32,000 nucleotides of DNA from Planctopirus limnophila DSM 3776. Lineage in GTDB: Bacteria; Planctomycetota; Planctomycetia; Planctomycetales; Planctomycetaceae. Under the pieces are notes generated by a model that searched no databases, had not been told where the DNA came from, and worked only from the letters and a program-made list of their open reading frames with translations. Shown here in pieces: positions 25,726 to 32,000 of this stretch. The stretch's first letter is position 1. Each line of letters starts with the position of its first letter. The position numbers and the translations under genes were made by a program. Location: the NCBI RefSeq assembly GCF_000092105.1, contig NC_014148.1, forward strand, positions 3,630,001 through 3,662,000, in the 5' to 3' direction.

Positions 25726-26703
25726 TTACCGGGAACTCTTCAATACTCCACTTGCCCCGGACTCTTCACCGATCCGGGACTCTTCCAACTCTGCCGGGTG
25801 CTGCTTGAGTGAAGCGTATTCTTTCCAGGAGCCTTCGTAGAGCCGCACGTTCGGATAGCCGGCAATATGCTTCAGATAAAATCGCAACAGGCTCCCTTCG
25901 CGTGATGTCCCGCAATAGACCAGAAGCTCTTTGTCGGGAGTCAGTCCAGCGGCTTTCAGTTCTGCCTGAACCTGTTCGAAGGGTTTGAACTGGTGTGTAT
26001 TCTCTTCCTCCATCAGCCTCGCCCAATGAAAACTAATGGCCCCGGGGATATGCCCCTTCCTCAGCCAGACGTCATCCTGACCCAGATACTCGTTCTTAGG
26101 ACGGGCATCGACCAGGACCACGCCGGGTTTTCCTTTGCGAGCCAACACCTCTTCGACAGTCAGTGCAATTGAGGGCTGACCCTTAACGGGAAGGAGCCCT
26201 GGTGGATTACCAAAATACTCTTGTGTCACGGGCAAACCGGCGGCTTTCCAGTCTGGCAATCCGCCATCGACAATGCGGATATCCTCGACACCAAATTTTT
26301 CGAGCACATAAGCCACCATGGTGGCACTCAAAATCTCGTCATTGGGAAGTGCTTCCCCTGTCGCGTAGATCAGATGTGTCCGGTCGCGATGAACGCCAGC
26401 GCGTACCAACAGTGCTCGCGTCAGATCATCAGGAAGGTACTGGACGGGAACCCCCAGATCTGTCCCTCGCAACGTATCAAAATTCAGATGATGGGCTGTC
26501 GGCAGATGGCCACGGAAGTAATCTTTGTAGCCACCGCGTGTATCGAGCACGACAGGCCTCTTGGCAGGATCGGGATGCTCGATGAGTTTGACTGCATCCT
26601 GCGGAGAAATGATACCGATTTCGGCTGGTAACACTTCTCCGATGAAGAGCATGGCGAAAGGGAGCAAAGCGACATGCAAAAATGTCTTCAGGGTGTTTCT
26701 CAT
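25726..26703 (-). CDS. exported tandem-rhodanese sulfurtransferase (thiosulfate / 3-mercaptopyruvate sulfurtransferase-like)
   Basis: Signal peptide MRNTLKTFLHVALLPFAMLFIGEVLPA. The first rhodanese domain VVLDTRGGYKDYFRGHLPTAHHLNF appears inactive. The second is VVLVDARPKNEYLG...GHIPGAISFHW...LLVYCGTSREGS...YEGSWKEY, with the active-site Cys loop CGTSREG. Confidence 0.88.
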   Translation of the reverse strand: MRNTLKTFLHVALLPFAMLFIGEVLPAEIGIISPQDAVKLIEHPDPAKRPVVLDTRGGYKDYFRGHLPTAHHLNFDTLRGTDLGVPVQYLPDDLTRALLVRAGVHRDRTHLIYATGEALPNDEILSATMVAYVLEKFGVEDIRIVDGGLPDWKAAGLPVTQEYFGNPPGLLPVKGQPSIALTVEEVLARKGKPGVVLVDARPKNEYLGQDDVWLRKGHIPGAISFHWARLMEEENTHQFKPFEQVQAELKAAGLTPDKELLVYCGTSREGSLLRFYLKHIAGYPNVRLYEGSWKEYASLKQHPAELEESRIGEESGASGVLKSSR

Positions 26704-27063
26704 GGATTAAGACCATCCCGCTGCTGATGTTTCCACCGACACCTCTGCGGGTCGGACTCGCCAACAATCTTACGCCCATTAGATTATTGCTGCCACTCAC
26801 CTGATTCCACAGACGGCGCGGTCGGCTTCACCCCCACGACTTCAACGGCATTGCCAATACACGGCTGGGAGGCCTCCATCGCCAGGCAGAGAAAACACCA
26901 AACTCGGCCAAACGCTAGAACCTGACGCCGACTTCGCGCAGAAAAATATAATCACGCTTTCTGTTCAGCCGGATGTGGCAGCAAGGAAAAATATGGTGGC
27001 GAAACCTTCCGGACGGTAGACTCAGGCGAAAGTTGAAGTAACGCTTCCGGCAGGGGAATGCAG

Positions 27064-27297
27064 ATGTCCATCGCGGAAAGAGCCAAAGCCATTTACGAAT
27101 CGGAACTGCGGGAACGTATGGAGCAGGAGCATCCCCAACAGTTCGTCGCCATCGAACCCGAGTCGCACGCCTTCTTTCTCGGATCATCCTTCATCGAAGC
27201 CGCACTCAAAGTCAAAGAGGCTTTCCCCGACCGCAAGGCCTTCGTCCTGCGAGTGGGTCACGAAGCCGCATTTCATATCGGAGCAGCGTCACGATGA
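27064..27297 (+). CDS. small hypothetical protein, upstream partner of the retropepsin-like gene
   Basis: Track ORF 27058..27297. The second ATG at 27064 is better spaced from GGGGA. MSIAERAKAIYESELRERMEQEHPQQFVAIEPESHAFFLGSSFIEAALKVKEAFPDRKAFVLRVGHEAAFHIG. Its TGA overlaps the next ATG (ATGA at 27294-27297). Confidence 0.6.
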   Translation: MSIAERAKAIYESELRERMEQEHPQQFVAIEPESHAFFLGSSFIEAALKVKEAFPDRKAFVLRVGHEAAFHIGAASR

Positions 27298-27656
27298 ACG
27301 GGGTCGTCGACGACGATGATCGGGCGTTGATTGAAATCGAAGTCTCGCAAACATATCGAGGTCCGACATCGCGAGTAACGGCCTGGATTGACACCCCTTT
27401 CGATGGTCACCTTGTTTTTTCGTCAACGCTGATTCGAGAATTGCAACTGGAATCACTCGTTGAAACAGAGGCGATCCTCGCGGATGGAACCCGTGTCACA
27501 CTCGAAACACATGTCTGCTATATGGAATGATTCGGGCGCTGGCAGGCGATGCAGGTCATCGCGAACGATGGTCGCTTCCCCTTGCTGGGAACTGGCTTGC
27601 TGGCCGGCCGTCAACTCCTCAGCGACTACCAATCCAAAGTGCTGTCCCTTTTGTAG
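27294..27656 (+). pseudogene. retropepsin-like (clan AA) aspartic protease homolog interrupted by an in-frame TGA
   Basis: Track ORF 27294..27530 stops at TGA 27528-27530. The same frame continues open for 41 codons to TAG 27654-27656. The conceptual 120-aa product is ...RVTAWIDTPFDGHLVFSSTLIRELQLE...AILADGTRVTLETHVCYME[TGA]FGRWQAMQVIANDGRFPLLGTGLLAGRQLLSDYQSKVLSLL. That follows the short bacterial retropepsin pattern (DTGFDG ... W-x-G ... PLLG..LL). The active-site triplet reads DTP, not DTG. Confidence 0.65.
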
Positions 27657-27692
27657 GCAAATCGCCTGTTCACGACCTAGCGTGAGTACTGG

Positions 27693-28082
27693 CTATCTCC
27701 GGCTTATCTCGGCGAAGGGTTCCGCGACGACTTGAAAATCGTCCTCGTAAGCAATGTAGCCGGGATTTGTGGCCTTTCTTTCAATGACGGCAATCTGTTG
27801 CTGCCGCAGGAGGATCGCGAGGTATCGCACCTGTGAAACGTGGCGGGCGGCGGTCGATTTGAACCAGCAGACGCCGCTGGAATGGGCGCCGGGTCTTCGC
27901 GAACAGGCCAGCCGCTGGGGGATCGGCAAATGCTCCGCGAACCAATCGAGCACCAGGCGGATCTCGCGGCGTTCCAGCGATTCCAGATGATCCGCGTCCA
28001 ACAATTCGTACGCGACGTGGAAAACCCCGACCTTCAGGCCGGTCTCCGCATGCCGCCCATGGGTCTCGAATCGGAGAAACAT
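27693..28082 (-). CDS. hypothetical protein (129 aa)
   Basis: The ATG at 28082 is 4 nt after the stop of the upstream ORF. MFLRFETHGRHAETGLKVGVFHVAYELLDADHLESLERREIRLVLDWFAEHLPIPQRL...VCWFKSTAARHVSQVRYLAILLRQQQIAVIERKATNPGYIAYEDDFQVVAEPF. It is locally GC-rich. I cannot name a family. Confidence 0.6.
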   Translation of the reverse strand: MFLRFETHGRHAETGLKVGVFHVAYELLDADHLESLERREIRLVLDWFAEHLPIPQRLACSRRPGAHSSGVCWFKSTAARHVSQVRYLAILLRQQQIAVIERKATNPGYIAYEDDFQVVAEPFAEISRR

Positions 28083-28086
28083 CGCC

Positions 28087-28578
28087 TCACTCCGTCATTA
28101 TCGGATCGGCACTCAGGATGTACCGCACACGCTCCTTGAACACGAACTCCTCTTCGCGGAGAGTCGCCGGAGTGAGAGCCTCCGAATGGACGGTAGGTTC
28201 GCCCCATTCCCCTTCCCAGCAGCCATAAAGCTCAATGATGTTGTGAGACCTGAGTTGGGCCTCCAGATAATCGGCCAACTGCTCATGATTGGCTGCTTCC
28301 CTGGCCAGATCCGCCGCATCGAATTCCTGCACGCGGGTGTCGGGATCAAGGCGAAACCAGATCTCGGGCCAATCGCCGTTCTGATACATCGCATGTCGAA
28401 ACCCGCACCCGCAACCCGTGCTCGAACCGATCGATTTCAGAAACTTCAGCGAGAGATGGTGCCGTAAGTCCGCCTCGGCTTCGCAAGCCGCATTGGTGGC
28501 GTTGAAAGCTGGCTTTTCTTCATTCCACGCCACCGAAGGTAATGGCTTAGACGATGCCGCATGGAGCATGAAGCACAT
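28087..28578 (-). CDS. hypothetical protein (about 163 aa) with GCGCGF and YGCWEGEWGEP motifs
   Basis: Track ORF 28087..28584 starts at a TTG. ATG candidates lie at 28578 and 28569. It begins 37-43 nt downstream of the msrB stop on the same strand. No recognisable family. Confidence 0.6.
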   Translation of the reverse strand: MCFMLHAASSKPLPSVAWNEEKPAFNATNAACEAEADLRHHLSLKFLKSIGSSTGCGCGFRHAMYQNGDWPEIWFRLDPDTRVQEFDAADLAREAANHEQLADYLEAQLRSHNIIELYGCWEGEWGEPTVHSEALTPATLREEEFVFKERVRYILSADPIMTE

Positions 28579-28621
28579 TCTCAACTCGCCTTCTCAAACA
28601 GGCTTCACCAGCCAAAACGCT

Positions 28622-29074
28622 TCAGGCCAGGTTTTGCACTTTCTTGAGTGAGACGGCATTGATGCAGTAGCGCAGGCCTGAGGGAGCCGGGCCATCGGGA
28701 AAGACGTGGCCCAGGTGGGCACCGCAGATGTTGCAGGTCACTTCCACGCGCACCATGCCGTAACTGTTATCGAGATGATAGGCCACATGGCCAACATCCT
28801 GGGGCTGTGTAAACGATGGCCAACCTGTCCCGCTCTCAAACTTTTCACTGGCATCGAAGAGCGTTGTCCCACAACAAGTGCAGGCATACTCGCCCGGCTC
28901 GAATAACCGGCACATTTGCGAACTGTGGGCGCGCTCAGTTCCCTTTTCCCGGGTGATCCGAAACTGCTCGTCTGTCAGCAGGTCCTTCCACTCGGCTTCA
29001 CTCTTCTCGACTTTTCGCGGCGGAACAGGATTGCCCTGTTGAGCAAAGTTCAGGACGTCTTTCCAGGTCAGCAT
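28622..29074 (-). CDS. msrB: peptide-methionine (R)-S-oxide reductase MsrB
   Basis: Two zinc CxxC pairs (CTCC and CNIC), GTGWPSF, HLGHVFPDGPAPSGLRYCINAVSL with the catalytic Cys. The length of 150 aa is typical. Confidence 0.93.
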   Translation of the reverse strand: MLTWKDVLNFAQQGNPVPPRKVEKSEAEWKDLLTDEQFRITREKGTERAHSSQMCRLFEPGEYACTCCGTTLFDASEKFESGTGWPSFTQPQDVGHVAYHLDNSYGMVRVEVTCNICGAHLGHVFPDGPAPSGLRYCINAVSLKKVQNLA

Positions 29075-29211
29075 TGAGTCTCTCCCGCGCGATTTCTCAT
29101 TAGCATATCCGTAGCTCTTCTACGGATGAGTTTTCTTTCCGCAAGCAAAAGCTGTGGCGAATTATAGGCATGAACTGTTGGTGCGATCGACATGATGTCC
29201 GAAAGAAATCG

Positions 29212-30390
29212 CTATTTCACATCCCGCAGACGGTGGATCGTCACCCATTCATTCCATTCGGGCCCCCATTTGTCATACTTGACCAGATGCAGGCCGTGCT
29301 TCACTCCGATAATCCTTCCTCGATACCATTCGCTTTTCCACCAAATCTCAACCGGGCTGTTGATGGGCCTGGTCACAGGAGTCGGCGTTCTCAAACGTTC
29401 GGGAGTCACCCACTCGTCGTCACTTTCCTGATAGCCGTAGTAATGCACCCGGCTCAATGCTCCATTACGACCGATGACAAAGCCCCGATAGTACTTTCCA
29501 TGCCACTCGATTTCGGTTCTCTGGCCAATTTCCGGGTCTGTCGGCTTGTGAGATGCACGAATGACGAAGTTCGGGTCGAACCCTTTCGTGAACAAACTCT
29601 GCGACATCTGACGCTCGGCAAAAGCCATATCAAGTTCAATATTCGCGTCCAGCTCTGAGAACGTGATCTGGCCGTTGCCGTCATCATCCATGTAACCGCG
29701 GCCTCGAAAAGCTGAAATCAGATTTTCGGTAAATGTCCAATTCCCTGTTGAACTCGAATTGTGGTGAGCCGATGCCAGCACTGCGAACGAAACTTTAGGG
29801 TTGGGAAGCCGGCGTACCGCTTCGGCCATGGCACCGGAGAAACAATGATCGAGGGCGATGACCACGCGCTGTGCCCGACACAACCGATTGATCTCACGAG
29901 GAATAGTCGCGACTTCCCAGCCTCGATTGGCACCAGCCGTATCATAACTGACGAGGAAGGTCTGTTTGTGATCGCTCGTGTTGTAGCCATGCCCGCAATA
30001 GTAAACGATGACGAGATCGTCTTTCGCCGGCTGCTTGAGAAATCGAGTGAACTCCTTTTCGATGGCGGCTGTGGTTCCCTGTTCATCGCAGAGATACGTG
30101 ATCTGAGCTGCTGGCACGCCGCACTCTTTGAGAACCTGCAGCATCTCGGCATCACGGCGATGTTTTTGCGGGAACGGGCCGTACTGCGGGTTTTCCCACT
30201 TCAGCAACCCCACACAGAAGACCCAGGTTCGAGCCGGTTGCCAGTTCGCATCTCCTCCACCAACTCCGGCTTCGGGCTGTGCGGCTGTAACAATCTCAAT
30301 CCGAGACCACAACAGATTCACAACGATCAGCGCGACTATCAGCCAACGTTCGAACCGGAAGAACAGAAGACCTGTCACGGTGACTTCCAA
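29212..30390 (-). CDS. membrane-anchored caspase-like (peptidase C14) protein with an EF-hand-type loop and two C-terminal Tudor/SH3-like repeats
   Basis: N-terminal hydrophobic anchor RWLIVALIVVNLLWS. Caspase dyad context VIVYYCGHGY (His134) and VIALDHCFSG (Cys183). DDDGNGQITFSE (aa 235-246, nt 29653-29688) fits the 12-residue EF-hand loop at positions 1, 3, 5, 6, 8 and 12. The repeats are IGQRTEIEWHGKYYRGFVIGRNGALSRVHYYGYQESDDEWVTPERLR and INSPVEIWWKSEWYRGRIIGVKHGLHLVKYDKWGPEWNEWVTIHRLR. There is no in-frame ATG near the 5' end, so the start must be TTG 30390 or GTG 30378. Confidence 0.85.
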   Translation of the reverse strand: MEVTVTGLLFFRFERWLIVALIVVNLLWSRIEIVTAAQPEAGVGGGDANWQPARTWVFCVGLLKWENPQYGPFPQKHRRDAEMLQVLKECGVPAAQITYLCDEQGTTAAIEKEFTRFLKQPAKDDLVIVYYCGHGYNTSDHKQTFLVSYDTAGANRGWEVATIPREINRLCRAQRVVIALDHCFSGAMAEAVRRLPNPKVSFAVLASAHHNSSSTGNWTFTENLISAFRGRGYMDDDGNGQITFSELDANIELDMAFAERQMSQSLFTKGFDPNFVIRASHKPTDPEIGQRTEIEWHGKYYRGFVIGRNGALSRVHYYGYQESDDEWVTPERLRTPTPVTRPINSPVEIWWKSEWYRGRIIGVKHGLHLVKYDKWGPEWNEWVTIHRLRDVK

Positions 30391-30573
30391 TGAGGGTCAT
30401 GAACTGGGGAGAAAAGAAAGCTTCCGCCACTTTGGGAAAAGTTGCTCTCCAAACCGGACGGATCCGCCAGCGGAAATTCAGCATGCTCACAAGTGGAGCC
30501 GGGCCATCACTATCATTCGATGGTGATGGCCCAGCCAAGTCAATTGAAAACGAAGATGAACGCGAACCCGCAA

Positions 30574-31548
30574 TCAGAATTCACCAACGGTGGCTCCGTC
30601 GTTGATCATGGCTAAATTGCGATAAGTGCCGATATCCATGTTCTCGCTGAGAAAACGAACGGTGCCGTCCCCCATGAGAAAGTGGGCTCCTCCCGTGTGA
30701 AGACTGCCGAACCCCGGCGTCCAGCCCCGGTTGGAATTAGTGAGTTGGCTGTTGAGACGAAACCACGTATCGCCAATAGTCGCCCGGCCCTCAACCGTTG
30801 ACCGGTTGAGCACTCCGGCCCATGGGGCGTGACCGTCGTCGTCCAAAGCATTTGTGGAGGGGGTATAGCGTTCGCCAACGAGCAACACGTTGCTTGAACC
30901 GTCCGTCATATCACGCAGTCCTGTTCGACTGTTCTCAGTGAAAGTTCCACGGTAGGTTGCGAATGTGGGAATTGCTGCATCCGAAATACCGGCCGCCACT
31001 CCTCCGGAAAAAAAGGTGCCAGCAACGGCGGGATAGTTGGATCGGCCGAAGTTGACGCCCTGATCTTCCACCGCGGAATTATCGGCCATGCGAACATTGC
31101 CATTTGAAAGGGTCGGGCCACCCACATCCGATGGACAGCGCAAGGCCCCCAGAGGTGTCCTCAGGGCGTCGGACATCGCTGTGGTGACAGCTGGCAATCC
31201 AATCGCTCCCGGATAGGGAAACGATGATGAAAAACGCGGCGAAAGGACGTTGTAGAGCGGTGCCTGATCCAACTGCGGCAGGATCATGACATTCCAGCCC
31301 CATCCAGAATATGAAGTTCCCGCTGCATTGGTGCCAATCCAACCGGGTGGGAATGCGTTGGCCTGATCATGATAATTGTGCAGCGCCAGACCCAGTTGCT
31401 TGAGATTGTTTCGACACTGCGTCCGACGGGCCGCTTCACGAGCCTGTTGCACAGCAGGAAGTAAGAGTGCGATCAGAATCGCGATAATCGCAATGACAAC
31501 CAATAACTCAATGAGTGTGAAACCATGTTTGTGAATCCTCCCCAGCAT
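30574..31548 (-). CDS. DUF1559 protein with prepilin-type N-terminal helix and H-X9-DG motif (second paralog)
   Basis: Track ORF 30574..31623. The ATG at 31548 gives MLGRIHKHGFTLIELLVVIAIIAILIALLLPAVQQAREAARRTQCRNNLKQLGLALHNYHD. The C-terminal motif is HTGGAHFLMGDGTVRFLS. Confidence 0.92.
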   Translation of the reverse strand: MLGRIHKHGFTLIELLVVIAIIAILIALLLPAVQQAREAARRTQCRNNLKQLGLALHNYHDQANAFPPGWIGTNAAGTSYSGWGWNVMILPQLDQAPLYNVLSPRFSSSFPYPGAIGLPAVTTAMSDALRTPLGALRCPSDVGGPTLSNGNVRMADNSAVEDQGVNFGRSNYPAVAGTFFSGGVAAGISDAAIPTFATYRGTFTENSRTGLRDMTDGSSNVLLVGERYTPSTNALDDDGHAPWAGVLNRSTVEGRATIGDTWFRLNSQLTNSNRGWTPGFGSLHTGGAHFLMGDGTVRFLSENMDIGTYRNLAMINDGATVGEF

Positions 31549-32000
31549 TACTCGAACCCTTGATATCGAAGAAGGAAATTGGCGATTCCAGATTCCACAC
31601 ACAATAGCAATATTCGCGCCCAAAAGACTCGATGACCATCAGTGATGGCGACTGGAAGTTGAGAACATGACTTAAGGGCTCATGTGCATGCTTCATCACC
31701 CCAAGCAAATCAGACTTTAGCATTCTCTGATGGGCACAAAGCGGTGCCATTTGACCTCTCGCACATAGGTCGAGGGACTCATCCATTTTCTATTGACATT
31801 CGTTCGCATAGAACTCGCGCGAACCTTCGCCTAACGATTGGGCAAGCGGGGCCAGCAGAAAGAAAACTCCACGCGTACCCCGTGAGCATTCATACTAATG
31901 ACTGCTAAGGACCGTAGGTGTTGTTACGGACAGAAAACCAACCCTGTTGATCCAAAAACCTTACGAAACATACCGTTCGAGAAATTCGCGCAGGTTCTCT

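Noticed and set aside
26922-26952. TATAAT at 26947-26952 with CTGACG at 26922-26927, a possible sigma70-type promoter for the small-protein/retropepsin pair
   Set aside because: The spacer is 19 nt, the -35 match is weak, and planctomycete promoter consensus is poorly defined. There is not enough evidence to call it.
27005-27014. GTCCGGAAGG on the minus strand, reminiscent of the SRP (4.5S) RNA domain IV core
   Set aside because: The flanking sequence lacks the rest of the conserved SRP motif (…GAAGCAGCC…) and the long helix. It is probably a chance 10-mer.
26915-27187. ORF 26915..27187(-)
   Set aside because: It overlaps the start of the better-supported plus-strand small gene, is Arg/Trp-rich and has no motif.
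29107-29127. 7-bp hairpin atccgta/tacggat between the caspase-like gene and msrB, followed by a T-rich tract on the plus strand
   Set aside because: The T-run is on the strand opposite to both flanking genes, and the stem is short. It cannot be assigned as a terminator for either gene.
31961-32000. Reverse-strand frame ending ...ENLREFLERYVS-stop at the right edge, a possible 3' end of a gene that starts beyond the window
   Set aside because: Only 12 codons are visible, which is too little to support a call.
1-32000. Scan for tRNA T-loop signatures (GGTTCGAATCC-like), rRNA, CRISPR repeat-spacer periodicity, transposase/integrase genes and long terminal inverted repeats
   Set aside because: None was found by eye. 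The only repeats seen are the 43-nt hairpin pair, the ridA 3' relic and the protein-level DUF1559 N-termini. A computational scan (tRNAscan-SE, Infernal/Rfam, ISfinder) should confirm this negative.

Overview
The window looks like a densely coding chromosomal segment from a member of the Planctomycetota (PVC group). The evidence for that placement is two DUF1559 / H-X9-DG prepilin-type paralogs, a giant ThuA-dehydrogenase-HEAT-cytochrome c fusion with the PVC-type heme-binding domain, and futalosine-pathway menaquinone genes. I support about 28 protein-coding genes, two gene relics and several intrinsic-terminator hairpins. I did not recognise any rRNA, tRNA, CRISPR array, transposase or integrase. 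Housekeeping or recognisable genes are mraZ (orphan), hom, mqnA plus an MqnC-type radical SAM gene, a RidA-family gene, an RluA-family pseudouridine synthase, msrB, a PiT permease, a periplasmic rhodanese and a TolC-like outer membrane protein. There is also a XylR-like / Gfo-Idh-MocA / ThuA-cytochrome c sugar-oxidation cluster. The least explained part is 26.9-31.6 kb. It holds a translationally coupled small-protein plus retropepsin-like protease module that is decayed (in-frame TGA at a conserved Trp, DTG changed to DTP). It also holds two unknown genes packed behind msrB, and a membrane-anchored caspase-like protein with an EF-hand loop and two Tudor/SH3-like repeats, which sits downstream of a DUF1559 gene. 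Other points worth a second look are a Tat-signal protein with 24 cysteines (Csp/DUF326-like) next to a secreted Cys-rich unknown, a roughly 43-nt hairpin element present twice, and a relic copy of the ridA 3' end. All family assignments come from reading motifs by eye. No database search was run.
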